Positions 1 to 12,144 of a stretch of 64,000 nucleotides of DNA are shown here, piece by piece. The stretch covers positions 302,374,001 to 302,438,000 of the forward strand of contig OZ024742.1 in the NCBI GenBank assembly GCA_964016885.1, in the 5' to 3' direction. The DNA is from Eledone cirrhosa. Its lineage: Eukaryota. The notes below the pieces were generated by a model, which saw nothing but the letters and a program-made list of their open reading frames with translations, did no database searches and was not told the DNA's origin. Every line of letters starts with the position of its first letter. Within the stretch, counting starts at the first letter, position 1. The position numbers and the translations under genes are program-made.

Positions 1-319
1 TTATCAAACATGTGATCACAAAATAGAGTGATGAACTATGTGGTTATACAATGAACAAAATGTTAAATATTTTTTGAAGAAAGGCACAATTTGATCTTAA
101 TTTCCATCCATGAATTTAATCCTGGCTTTTCTACTGGTTTTCCTATGTATTGTAAACAGAATTAACTTGAGTGAATAGGAAATATACTTCAGTTGGAGGG
201 AAGCTTCACATAAATTTTTAGTGTGACAGTTCATCATAAAGAGAGGAAAGAAGACATTGACCTCCACTGATTTCGACTATGATTGTCCCAGTAGTTTGAT
301 CAATGGAGCATCTGCTCGT

Positions 320-561
320 GAAAATAATGTGTCAGTGACTGAGCATTCCACAGACATGTATTTTCTTAATGTAATTTTCAGTGAGATTCAGTGTGACAAA
401 GTGTGAATGAGCTTCCAAACACTTTCTGTCTACTTAATTTCACTCACAAGACATGGGTCGACCCGAGTTTATGGTAAAGGACATTTACTCAAGTTGCCAC
501 GAAGGAGGATCGAACCCGGAACCTAATAATTGTGAAGCAAATTTTTTAACCATCCAGCCAC
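320..561 (-). mobile_element. Degenerate tRNA-derived SINE (CORE-like, octopus OR-type)
   Basis: Minus strand reads gtggctggatggttaa...ggttccgggttcgatcc (pol III A/B boxes), then a CORE-like gcaacttgagtaaatgtc. Confidence 0.6.
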
Positions 562-1144
562 CGAGAATAAAGCAATCTGAAGATTCATCTAGTTCGATAT
601 CGTAGACTTTGGCATCCAGTGAAATTATACGGGCTTAACAGCCAATATTTCTCGGGTAGATGTACATAGAAAGCATACCACTTTAGAGGCTTCTTGACTA
701 AGGGTACAGTATCCACTACCACTAAATGGAGCATCCTAGGCAAGACACCCTTTTACTGTACCGGGGACCACAACTGTCAGCTCTGCTTCCATGAGAGGTT
801 GCATATAATGCACTAGTCTGCGATATCCACCAACAGTAAAACTGATTAAATTATCTATATTTATCTCCAAATCACTGATTTGTCGAGCAAACTTGTCAAA
901 ACCACTTCTAAAAAAATTTTTTTTTGGGGTGTTAGTAGGCGTCAGTCATCTTACCATCCCATTCCTTCTAACTAGCCTCTGTGTCACGTGATTGATTCTT
1001 TAGAATCGGCCATTTGACTTGAAGCAGTGAGAATTTCGGTACATAGAATTCAGTCCTCGCAAGCTGTTCGATCTACCGAATTATTATTATTTTTATATGA
1101 GCCGCCAGTGTCCGCGCATTGCCTGGAGACTTAACTGAGAATAG

Positions 1145-1226
1145 ACTTCCTGATGACGCAATGAATTCTCGACAGTTGGATTACATAACTGTCTTTATCC
1201 CATTGCAGAAACTAATTAGTTGGAGT
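1145..1226 (+). ncRNA. Type I hammerhead ribozyme, unit 1
   Basis: acttc-CTGATGA-c gcaatg..gacagtt/aactgtc..cattgc a-GAAA-c taatta g-TT-ggagt. Stem I acttc/ggagt, palindromic stem III ACTAATTAGT, GUU site after 1221. Confidence 0.8.
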
Positions 1227-1705
1227 GAAAATTTAAGTAAGAAAAAAATTTTTTTTTAAATTTTTTTAAAAAAAATATTTTCTTATTTTACGTCCTTTAT
1301 ATTATTGTTCTGCATTCTCCTGCATTGAACCACCTAGGTACTATGACATAACCTGTGTATTTGCTGGCATGGGCGTGCATCTGTGCGCTTATGTTAGTTG
1401 ATATATTAAATTATCTATATTTATCTCCAAATCACTGATTTGTCGAGCAAACTTGTCAAAACCACTTCTAAAAAAAAATTTTTTTTGGGGTGTTAGTAGG
1501 CGTCAGTCATCTTACCATCCCATTCCTTCTAACTAGCCTCTGTGTCACGTGATTGATTCTTTAGAATCGGCCATTTGACTTGAAGCAGTGAGAATTTCGG
1601 TACATAGAATTCAGTCCTCGCAAGCTGTTCGATCTACCGAATTATTATTATTTTTATATGAGCCGCCAGTGTCCGCGCATTGCCTGGAGACTTAACTGAG
1701 AATAG

Positions 1706-1787
1706 ACTTCCTGATGACGCAATGAATTCTCGACAGTTGGATTACATAACTGTCTTTATCCCATTGCAGAAACTAATTAGTTGGAGT
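1706..1787 (+). ncRNA. Type I hammerhead ribozyme, unit 2
   Basis: Identical to 1145-1226; predicted cut after 1782. Confidence 0.8.
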
Positions 1788-2265
1788 GAAAATTTAAGTA
1801 AGAAAAAAATTTTTTTTAAAATTTTTTTTTAAAAAAATATTTTCTTATTTTACGTCCTTTATATTATTGTTCTGCATTCTCCTGCATTGAACCACCTAGG
1901 TACTATGACATAACCTGTGTATTTGCTGGCATGGGCGTGCATCTGTGCGCTTATGTTAGTTGATATATTAAATTATCTATATTTATCTCCAAATCACTGA
2001 TTTGTCGAGCAAACTTGTCAAAACCACTTCTAAAAAAATTTTTTTTGGGGTGTTAGTAGGCGTCAGTCATCTTACCATCCCATTCCTTCTAACTAGCCTC
2101 TGTGTCACGTGATTGATTCTTTAGAATCGGCCATTTGACTTGAAGCAGTGAGAATTTCGGTACATAGAATTCAGTCCTCGCAAGCTGTTCGATCTACCGA
2201 ATTATTATTATTTTTATATGAGCCGCCAGTGTCCGCGCATTGCCTGGAGACTTAACTGAGAATAG

Positions 2266-2347
2266 ACTTCCTGATGACGCAATGAATTCTCGACAGTTGG
2301 ATTACATAACTGTCTTTATCCCATTGCAGAAACTAATTAGTTGGAGT
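2266..2347 (+). ncRNA. Type I hammerhead ribozyme, unit 3
   Basis: Identical to 1145-1226; predicted cut after 2342. Confidence 0.8.
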
Positions 2348-2415
2348 GAAAATTTAAGTAAGAAAAAAATTTTTTTTTAAATTTTTTTAAAAAAAATATT
2401 TTCTTATTTTACGTC

Positions 2416-2449
<34 letters not shown>

Positions 2450-2516
2450 GGTATATATATATATAGAATAAGGAAAAGCGAAGTAGTTTCAGATGTTCAA
2501 GTCCTTTAATAATAAT

Positions 2517-2698
2517 TGTTTCTACTTTTGGCACAAGGCCAGCAATTACCCAGTGTATTACTGATACTTTATTTTATCGACCCCGTAAGGATGAAGGCAA
2601 AGTTAACCTCGGCGGGATTTGAACTCAGAATGGCAAGGGCCGAAACTCTATGCGTCAAAGCATGGCGTCCGACCCTCTACCGATACTGCCAATCCACT
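2517..2698 (-). mobile_element. Nin/Deu-domain tRNA-derived SINE with 16-bp target-site duplication
   Basis: gagttcaaatcc B box and gccttcatccttacggggtcgataaa domain; gtcctttaataataat is duplicated at 2501-2516 and 2699-2714 but single in the other arm. Confidence 0.85.
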
Positions 2699-2714
2699 GT
2701 CCTTTAATAATAAT

Positions 2715-2788
2715 GCCGTGATATATATTTCAATGGCGACAGTGGCCACACTCTTCCGTGCGCCAGTGTCGCGACATCGTCAGACAGC
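2715..2788 (-). ncRNA. Type I hammerhead, family A left arm
   Basis: gctgt-CTGACGA-long stem II-GAAA-tatata-TC-acggc on the minus strand. Confidence 0.7.
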
Positions 2789-3917
2789 TTTTTACATAAT
2801 AAGGTTATGTTTCCGGGGCAATCCAAATTGAATCGACATGGGAACGGACGAAGTGTGTGCTCTTGGGTTCTTCATCTGTTCCCTTGTGAGTACCAAATCA
2901 CCGCCACCGGTCTGCGCAGGCGCAGGTCCGAAGGAAGTTGACCATTAGCTACCGCAGATTTCAACGAAATTCGCCTAATCAGTTCCTCTTCTCAACCAAA
3001 CAATGACCCATTCAGGCCTGTTATATATAGCTTACTTCTAGCCACCCCGTCTGTGGCAGTCAGCTGAAAGCCAGTGGGGATGGGAGAGTGTGAGTATCAA
3101 TAGGTCTCAATACTACCCCTCATTAAGCATGGACAGTATAATTGACCATCAACCTCTAAGAAAAAATATACCTAATTCTAGGTATCATGGTTTCACAGTG
3201 GAAGTTATGAATGAGAGTTGGAAATTAGAACTAAAAATTAGAAGTTAAAAATCGAAAATCAGAAATCAAATATTAAAAATAAAAAATAAAAAATTAATAA
3301 TTAAACATTAAAAAGATTTACAAGTGAGAATCTAGATTGAGGTGAGTAAAAAATATAGATTGAAGTGAGTAAAAAATATATGCACCTATACTATCTACTA
3401 CGTAGGGAGATGTTTAAGTAAGAAGTTTTGAAAGGGGTATTAATGTTACAGATATATTATCTACATACTGAACGATAGTACTGTACAGTAGAACAGAGGG
3501 TAATTAGAGTATGAAAGGTAGTAGTAAGGCGGGTACATAATTAGAATTTCCATCATATGGAACCCCCCCCCCCCCCCCAAAAAAAAAAAACCGCAGATAT
3601 AAAATACACAAAAAAACCCACAAAAACTATCCAATAAATACAAAAAATACATACAGTACATATATGCAAAATGAGATAGGAGATACATGATTAATATGAT
3701 TGTTAATTTGTCCATATATAGATTGAATTGAGGGGGCTTCTGTTCAAATTGCATTAGCTAATGGTCAACTTCCTTCGGACCTGCGCCTGCGCAGACCGGT
3801 GGGGGTGAATTGGTACTCACAAGGGAACGGATGAAGAACCCAAGAGCACACACTTCGTCCGTTCCCATGTCGATTCAATTTGGATTGCCTCGGAAACATA
3901 ACCTTATTATGTAACAA

Positions 3918-3991
3918 GCTGTCTGACGATGTCGCGGCACTGGCGCACGGAACAGTGTGGCTAGTGTCGCCATTGAAATATATATCACAGC
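3918..3991 (+). ncRNA. Type I hammerhead, family A right arm
   Basis: gctgt-CTGACGA-tgtc gcggcactggc...gctagtgtcgc catt-GAAA-tatata-TC-acagc; 5-bp stem I, 11-bp helix in stem II. Confidence 0.75.
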
Positions 3992-4118
3992 ATTATTATT
4001 AAAGGACTTGAACATCTGAAACTACTTCGCTTTTCCTTATTCGATATTCACTCCGTCACTCCTATGTGGATTAAGTACGTTGAGTGCTTGAATTGAATTG
4101 CATCAATATTTACCCTAA

Positions 4119-4150
<32 letters not shown>

Positions 4151-4157
<7 letters not shown>

Positions 4158-4637
4158 AATAACAGGAGGCTGGACTGGTGTAATTCCTTAAAAGGTTTAT
4201 TATACTATGATCATTTCAATGACCCGGTTCAGTATGAATCCGGTGACACCATCAGGTATTCGAAATATAACAAAGGAACATAATAAAGAGCGGCCGACCG
4301 GGGTAGAAGCTGCTAAATGTTCGGCCGCCCTCATGTCTCTGATTTTCAGCCCCATAGATTTTGTCTATTATATTCTTTTGTTATATTTCGAATACCTGAT
4401 GAAGTCACGGGATTCATACTGAACCCGGTGATTGAAATAATCATAGTTTAATAAACCTTTTAAGGAATTACACCAGTCCAGCCTCCTGTTATTTTATAAT
4501 AATTAACTCCGTACTCGCACCACCAACTACACAAACGAAGACGGGTGAGTTGCATTACATTGAGTGCTCTCCCTAATATTACATCGAGGTTGACCATACG
4601 GAATGACTAGTTCTATCCAGTGGTGAACCAACAAACC

Positions 4638-4640
<3 letters not shown>
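4151..4640. mobile_element. Fold-back Penelope-like terminus, family B, within (TA)n
   Basis: Inverted arms ~4151-4285 and ~4370-4499 plus a ~140-bp tail; HHR followed by AATAAA. Confidence 0.7.
4392..4449 (+). ncRNA. Minimal type I hammerhead, family B (inverted copy at 4202-4259)
   Basis: atac-CTGATGA-agtcac..gtgatt-GAAA-taatca-TA-gttt. The inverted copy has palindromic tgatca and a perfect stem I (atac/gtat) but a CTGATGG core. Confidence 0.6.
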
Positions 4641-4673
<33 letters not shown>

Positions 4674-4675
<2 letters not shown>

Positions 4676-4790
4676 GGCGTGTGGATGAGTGGTTAGAGAA
4701 TTGGATTCGCAATCGTAAGGTTGTGAGTTCGATTCCTGGACCAGGCGATGCGTTATGTCCTTGAGCAAGACACTTTATTTCACGTTGCTC
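4674..4790 (+). mobile_element. tRNA-derived CORE-like SINE
   Basis: gtggatgagtggttaga A box, gagttcgattcc B box, gtccttgagcaagacactt CORE-like motif; relatives near 22295, 46340 and 56752. Confidence 0.7.
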
Positions 4791-5032
4791 CTTCTACCTG
4801 GAGTTGCGACCGATAGATAGTATTAGCAATTGGAAAGACCAACGGAAACATTGTTCCCTCGGTCCGATTTGACGAAAGTCGATCGTTCCTCATATATATA
4901 TACATATGTATATATATCAGAGAGGGTGTGGAAACGGTCGGAGGTCAGCTGTCGGGTCCTGAATCTTTTCATATATATATACATTTATATATGTATATAT
5001 ATATATATATATATATGTGTATGTATATACAG

Positions 5033-5071
<39 letters not shown>

Positions 5072-5110
5072 ACAAAGTGTACAAATATATATTTATATAC
5101 ACATATATGA

Positions 5111-5172
<62 letters not shown>

Positions 5173-5502
5173 GTGCGCGTGTGTGTGCGTGTGTGTGTAT
5201 GCATATAAACATGTATACGTAAAGATCTTAAAATAAAAGATCCTTAAGAGTCATTAATAGAAAATAATTCGTGAAACTTTAATGTCATGCAAAATTTTTT
5301 TCTTCGCTACCTTATTCTTGCTATATTAAACAGGAAGATGACTGCATGCTTATCTTCTTTGCTCCGGGCATAATCAGTGGATTCGAAATTATTTTGGTAA
5401 ATTTGCATGCAAGAATGGTAGGTTATATTAAAATTTTGCCGACAGCGTTAAAGTATGTCTGTACGAGAGAGGGAGGAAGTAGGTAGTGGAAGTTGATATA
5501 TA

Positions 5503-8500
5503 TTGAAGTCTATAGGATGTAATAAGTTGAAGTTTAACTGTATGAGGGAGTTGGAAACAGTCGAGTGGAGGTTGAAGTCTATAGGATGTAATAAGTTGAA
5601 GTTTAACTGTATGAGGGAGTTGGAAACAGTCGAGTGGAGGTTGAAGTCTATAGGATGTAATAAGTTGAAGTTTAACTGTATGAGGGAGTTGGAAACAGTC
5701 GAGTGGAGGTTGAAGTCTATAGGATGTAATAAGTTGAAGTTTAACTGCATGAGGGAGTTGGAAACAGTCGAGTGGAGGTTGAAGTGTATAGGATGTAATA
5801 AGTTGAAGTTTAACTGTATGAGGGAGTTGGAAACAGTCGAGTGGAGGTTGAAGTCTATAGGATGTAATAAGTTGAAGTTTAACTGCATGAGGGAGTTGGA
5901 AACAGTCGAGTGGAGGTTGAAGTCTATAGGATGTAATAAGTTGAAGTTAAACTGCATGAGGGAGTTGGAAACAGTCGAGTGGAGGTTGAAGTCTATAGGA
6001 TGTAATAAGTTGAAGTTTAACTGCATGAGGGAGTTGGAAACAGTCGAGTGGAGGTTGAAGTCTATAGGATGTAATAAGTTGAAGTTTAACTGCATGAGGG
6101 AGTTGGAAACAGTCGAGTGGAGGTTGAAGTCTATAGGATGTAATAAGTTGAAGTTTAACTGCATGAGGGAGTTGGAAACAGTCGAGTGGAGGTTGAAGTC
6201 TATAGGATGTAATAAGTTGAAGTTTAACTGTATGAGGGAGTTGGAAACAGTCGAGTGGAGGTTGAAGTCTATAGGATGTAATAAGTTGAAGTTTAACTGT
6301 ATGAGGGAGTTGGAAACAGTCGAGTGGAGGTTGAAGTCTATAGGATGTAATAAGTTGAAGTTTAACTGTATGAGGGAGTTGGAAACAGTCGAGTGGAGGT
6401 TGAAGTCTATAGGATGTAATAAGTTGAAGTTTAACTGCATGAGGGAGTTGGAAACAGTCGAGTGGAGGTTGAAGTCTATAGAGTGTAATAAGTTGAAGTT
6501 TAACTGTATGAGGGAGTTGGAAACAGTCGAGTGGAGGTTAAAGTCTATAGAGTGTAATAAGTTGAAGTTTAACTGCATGAAGGAGTTGGAAACAGTCGAG
6601 TGGAGGTTGAAGTCTATAGAGTGTAATAAGTTGAAGTTTAACTGTATGAGGGAGTTGGAAACAGTCGAGTGGAGGTTGAAGTCTATAGGATGTAATAAGT
6701 TGAGGTTTAACTGCATGAGGGAGTTGGAAACAGTCGAGTGGAGGTTGAAGTCTATAGGATGTAATAAGTTGAAGTTTAACTGCATGAGGGAGTTGGAAAC
6801 AGTCGAGTGGAGGTTGAAGTCTATAGGATGTAATAAGTTGAAGTTAAACTGCATGAGGGAGTTGGAAACAGTCGAGTGGAGGTTGAAGTCTATAGGATGT
6901 AATAAGTTGAAGTTTAACTGCATGAGGGAGTTGGAAACAGTCGAGTGGAGGTTGAAGTCTATAGGATGTAATAAGTTGAAGTTTAACTGCATGAGGGAGT
7001 TGGAAACAGTCGAGTGGAGGTTGAAGTCTATAGGATGTAATAAGTTGAAGTTTAACTGCATGAGGGAGTTGGAAACAGTCGAGTGGAGGTTGAAGTCTAT
7101 AGGATGTAATAAGTTGAAGTTTAACTGTATGAGGGAGTTGGAAACAGTCGAGTGGAGGTTGAAGTCTATAGGATGTAATAAGTTGAAGTTTAACTGTATG
7201 AGGGAGTTGGAAACAGTCGAGTGGAGGTTGAAGTCTATAGGATGTAATAAGTTGAAGTTTAACTGTATGAGGGAGTTGGAAACAGTCGAGTGGAGGTTGA
7301 AGTCTATAGGATGTAATAAGTTGAAGTTTAACTGCATGAGGGAGTTGGAAACAGTCGAGTGGAGGTTGAAGTCTATAGGATGTAATAAGTTGAAGTTTAA
7401 CTGCATGAGGGAGTTGGAAACAGTCGAGTGGAGGTTGAAGTCTATAGAATGTAATAAGTTGAAGTTTAACTGCATGAGGGAGTTGGAAACAGTCGAGTGG
7501 AGGTTGAAGTCTATAGAATGTAATAAGTTGTAGTTTAACTGCATGAGGGAGTTGGAAACAGTCGAGTGGAGGTTGAAGTCTATAGGATGTAATAAGTTGA
7601 AGTTTAACTGCATGAGGGAGTTGGAAACAGTCGAGTGGAGGTTGAAGTCTATAGGATGTAATAAGTTGAAGTTTAACTGCATGAGGGAGTTGGAAACAGT
7701 CGAGTGGAGGTTGAAGTCTATAGGATGTAATAAGTTGAAGTTTAACTGCATGAGGGAGTTGGAAACAGTCGAGTGGAGGTTGAAGTCTATAGGATGTAAT
7801 AAGTTGAAGTTTAACTGCATGAGGGAGTTGGAAACAGTCGAGCGGAGGTTGAAGTCTATAGGATGTAATAAGTTGAAGTTTAACTGTATGAGGGAGTTGG
7901 AAACAGTCGAGTGGAGGTTGAAGTCTATAGGATGTAATAAGTTGAAGTTTAACTGTATGAGGGAGTTGGAAACAGTCGAGTGGAGGTTGAAGTCTATAGG
8001 ATGTAATAAGTTGAAGTTTAACTGTATGAGGGAGTTGGAAACAGTCGAGTGGAGGTTGAAGTCTATAGGATGTAATAAGTTGAAGTTTAACTGCATGAGG
8101 GAGTTGGAAACAGTCGAGTGGAGGTTAAAGTCTATAGAGTGTAATAAGTTGAAGTTTAACTGCATGAGAGAGTTGGAAACAGTCGAGTGGAGGTTGAAGT
8201 CTATAGAGTGTAATAAGTTGAAGTTTAACTGTATGAGGGAGTTGGAAACAGTCGAGTGGAGGTTAAAGTCTATAGAGTGTAATAAGTTGAAGTTTAACTG
8301 CATGAGGGAGTTGGAAACAGTCGAGTGGAGGTTGAAGTCTATAGAGTGTAATAAGTTGAAGTTTAACTGTATGAGGGAGTTGGAAACAGTCGAGTGGAGG
8401 TTGAAGTCTATAGGATGTAATAAGTTGAAGTTTAACTGCATGAGGGAGTTGGAAACAGTCGAGTGGAGGTTGAAGTCTATAGAATGTAATAAGTTGAAGT

Positions 8501-10076
8501 TTAACTGCATGAGGGAGTTGGAAACAGTCGAGTGGAGGTTGAAGTCTATAGGATGTAATAAGTTGAAGTTTAACTGCATGAGGGAGTTGGAAACAGTCGA
8601 GTGGAGGTTGAAGTCTATAGAATGTAATAAGTTGAAGTTTAACTGTATGAGGGAGTTGGAAACAGTCGAGTGGAGGTTGAAGTCTATATGATGTAATAAG
8701 TTGAGGTTTAACTGTATGAGGGAGTTGGAAACAGTCGAGTGGAGGTTGAAGTCTATAGGATGTAATAAGTTGAAGTTTAACTGCATGAGGGAGTTGGAAA
8801 CAGTCGAGTGGAGGTTGAAGTCTATAGGATGTAATAAGTTGAAGTTTAACTGTATGAGGGAGTTGGAAACAGTCGAGTGGAGGTTGAAGTCTATAGGATG
8901 TAATAAGATGAAGTTTAACTGCATGAGGGAGTTGGAAACAGTCGAGTGGAGGTTGAAGTCTATAGAGTGTAATAAGTTGAAGTTTAACTGCATGAGGGAG
9001 TTGGAAACAGTCGAGTGGAGGTTGAAGTCTATAGGATGTAATAAGTTGAAGTTTAACTGTATGAGGGAGTTGGAAACAGTCGAGTGGAGGTTGAAGTCTA
9101 TAGGATGTAATAAGTTGAAGTTTAACGAGCATGAGGGAGTTGGAAACAGTCGAGTGGAGGTTGAAGTCTATAGGATGTAATAAGTTGAAGTTTAACTGCA
9201 TGAGGGAGTTGGAAACAGTCGAGTGGAGGTTGAAGTCTATAGGATGTAATAAGTTGAAGTTTAACTGTATGAGGGAGTTGGAAACAGTCGAGTGGAGGTT
9301 GAAGTCTATAGAGTGTAATAAGTTGAAGTTTAACTGCATGAGGGAGTTGGAAACAGTCGAGTGGAGGTTGAAGTCTATAGGATGTAATAAGTTGAAGTTT
9401 AACTGCATGAGGGAGTTGGAAACAGTCGAGTGGAGGTTGAAGTCTATAGGATGTAATAAGTTGAAGTTTAACTGCATGAGGGAGTTGGAAACAGTCGAGT
9501 GGAGGTTTGAAGTCTATAGGATGTAATAAGTTGAAGTTTAACTGCATGAGGGAGTTGGAAACAGTCGAGTGGAGGTTGAAGTCTATAGGATGTAATAAGT
9601 TGAAGTTTAACTGCATGAGGGAGTTGGAAACAGTCGAGTGGAGGTTGAAGTCTATAGGATGTAATAAGTTGAAGTTAAACTGCATGAGGGAGTTGGAAAC
9701 AGTCGAGTGGAGGTTGAAGTCTATAGGATGTAATAAGTTGAAGTTTAACTGCATGAGGGAGTTGGAAACAGTCGAGTGGAGGTTGAAGTCTATAGGATGT
9801 AATAAGTTGAAGTTTAACTGCATGAGGGAGTTGGAAACAGTCGAGTGGAGGTTGAAGTCTATAGGATGTAATAAGTTGAAGTTTAACTGCATGAGGGAGT
9901 TGGAAACAGTCGAGTGGAGGTTGAAGTCTATAGGATGTAATAAGTTGAAGTTTAACTGCATGAGGGAGTTGGAAACAGTCGAGTGGAGGTTGAAGTCTAT
10001 AGAGTGTAATAAGTTGAAGTTTAACTGTATGAGGGAGTTGGAAACAGTCGAGTGGAGATTGAAGTCTAGAGTGTAA
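5503..10076. repeat. 69-bp satellite array, about 66 highly homogeneous copies
   Basis: Unit ttgaagtctataggatgtaataagttgaagtttaactg(c/t)atgagggagttggaaacagtcgagtggagg; 23-aa periodicity in the ORF track. Confidence 0.98.
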
Positions 10077-10840
10077 TAAGTTGAAGTTTGACTGTATGAG
10101 TGAGTGAGGGAGACAGTGGAGTGGAGGTTGAAGTTTAGAACGTAATAAGTTAAAGTGTAACTGTATGAGTTAGTGATTAAGAGAGTAGGGTAGTGGAGTG
10201 GAGGTTGAAGTGTAAAGTGTAATAAGTTAAAATGTGAATGTATGAGTGAGCGAATAAGGGGGGAGGAGGGGATAGTGGAGTGGAGATTGAAGTCTAGAGT
10301 GTAATAGATTCAAAGGGGACTGTATGAGATATGGGGAGTGAGGGAGTGGAGTGGATATTGAAGTCGAGAGTGTAGTAAGTTAGTCTGACTTTATGAGTGG
10401 AGTGTAGTAGTGGAGTTGAAGTTTAACTCGTGAGTGTAATAGTTTGAAATGTAACTGTATGAGTGAGGGAAGGGAGTGAAGTTGAGGTTGAAATTAAGAG
10501 TGTAATAAGTTGATGTGTGACTCTAAGTGATGGGAGGGAGGGAGGTAGTTGATATGAGGTTGAAGTCGAGAATATAAGTTGAAGTGTGACTATAGGAGTG
10601 AGGGCAGGTAGTGAATTGGAGTTGAGGTTGAAGTCTAGTGTGTGGTAAGTTGAAGCGCGACTATATGAGTGAGGGAGGGCGGGAGGTAGTGGATGAGGTT
10701 GAACTATAAAGTGTAATAAGTTAAAGGGTGACAATATGAGTGAAGGGGGAGTGGAGTGGAGTGGAGGTTGAAGTCTGATAAGTTAAAGTGAGTCTGTATA
10801 TGTAAAGAGAGGGAGTGAAATTGAGGTTGAACTGTAGATT
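10077..10840. repeat. Diverged edge of the 69-bp satellite
   Basis: Recurrent gagtggaggttgaagtctagagtgtaataagtt with increasing divergence. Confidence 0.85.
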
Positions 10841-10848
10841 GAAATAAT

Positions 10849-11235
10849 TGTTTCTACTTTTAACACAAGGCCACCAATTATCCCAGTGCATTACTGGTAC
10901 TTTATTGTATCGACCCCGTAAGAATGAAAGGCAAAGTTAACCATGGCGAGATTTGAACTCAGATCGTAAAGGGCTGTAACTCTATCCTGCAAAACATGGC
11001 ATCCGACCCTCTACCGATAATAGGTTTCTGATTTAGGCACACGACCAACAATCTTTTGGGAGGGAGAAGTCAGTAAAAACTAGCCCAGTGCATTACTGGT
11101 ACTTTATTTTATCCACCCCGTAAGGATGAAAGGCAAAGCTAACCTCTGAGGGATTTGAACTCAGAATGTAAAGCGATGTAACTATATGTCGTAAAGCAAA
11201 ATGTCCGACGCTCTAAAGATACTGACAACCCACCA
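10849..11235 (-). mobile_element. Two tandem Nin/Deu-domain SINE copies
   Basis: ggtactttattttatcgaccccgtaaggatgaaaggcaaag...gatttgaactcaga (with substitutions) present twice. Confidence 0.85.
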
Positions 11236-11597
11236 TAATACATCTAATAAATAAATGAAACTATAAGAGAGGAAGAAAAGCTTTTTTTTTATCAAAGTTA
11301 AAATTATTTATTAAACTTAGAAGCAACATTTTTGGTCTCAAATTTGTTATTTTATCCTCAACATTTCCAACAAAAATCAGCAAGATTCTTGTGCAAACCA
11401 TTTAAATCCGTAGAATGTGATCTCTAGATTTGGCTGTTGTTTTTAGCAGGTCGACTGACCACACAGAAGTTTCCTCGCAGGTTTGTACTGTGATACAGTC
11501 GTAAATACAGGCAATATGTCTGTGTATGTGTGTGTGAGAGTGTGTGAGTATGTATGTATTTGTCTATCTGTGTGTGGGTATGTCTGTCTGTGAATGT

Positions 11598-11628
<31 letters not shown>

Positions 11629-11813
11629 CGCGTTGATTTGTAATACACGTTAATACACGCTATGTGTATGCATGTATGTCTATGCATGCATGTATGTATG
11701 TTTGAATGTGTGTATGTGTGTATGTGTATGTCTGTATGTGTGTGTGCGTGTGTATATCTGTATCTGTTATGTGTATGATCCAGTAGCTAGATGTACTATG
11801 TGTAGCTAGAGGT

Positions 11814-11821
11814 GGCAGCAA

Positions 11822-11898
<77 letters not shown>

Positions 11899-11907
11899 GC
11901 AGCAGTA
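11814..11907. repeat. (CAG/CAA)n microsatellite
   Basis: Directly visible. Confidence 0.95.
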
Positions 11908-12111
11908 GCTGTGAAAGAACCTCTCTACAATAGTAACCGTCCATTTCTGAAATGGAATGAAGCCATATAAACCCACAGGTTTAACACTCTTCACCACGTA
12001 ACAACCCACAATAAACCGATTATGGTTTCCTTTTAGTTCTCCACCCCGCCCGCCTTCTCTCTCTCTCTCCTAACTCATTCTCTCCATCTTTCCATCTCTC
12101 TATCTCTGTCT

Positions 12112-12144
<33 letters not shown>

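Larger units (their letters stand above)
845..2420 (+). repeat. Head-to-tail ~560-bp tandem repeat, 2.8 copies, one hammerhead per unit (retrozyme-like)
   Basis: Units start attaaattatctatatttatctcc at 845, 1405 and 1967; copies differ essentially only in homopolymer lengths; the array ends in (TA)n. Confidence 0.95.
2466..4110. mobile_element. Fold-back Penelope-like (pLTR) terminus, family A, within (TA)n
   Basis: Inverted arms 2466-2951 and 3755-4042, each with an HHR; the right arm has an extra ~70-bp tail; (TA)n on both sides. Confidence 0.7.

Noticed and set aside
575-610. CTGAAGA hammerhead candidate (similar words at ~15790, ~42380, ~47483, ~58141)
   Set aside because: No properly placed GAAA, UH site or stems
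4674-4745. tRNA gene
   Set aside because: A/B boxes continue into a SINE body; no acceptor stem. The tRNA-like 18-mer at 59400 is a PBS, not a gene
5537-5565. Hammerhead-like words in the satellite unit (ctgYatgag...gaaacagtc)
   Set aside because: Extra base in the core, no stem I or II pairing, and diverged units lack gaaac
5448-9961. Long ORFs (up to 1181 aa) on both strands
   Set aside because: Translation of a 69-bp satellite; open in several frames, interrupted by indels, no domain signature
5503-10076. CRISPR array
   Set aside because: No unique spacers, eukaryotic context, no cas genes
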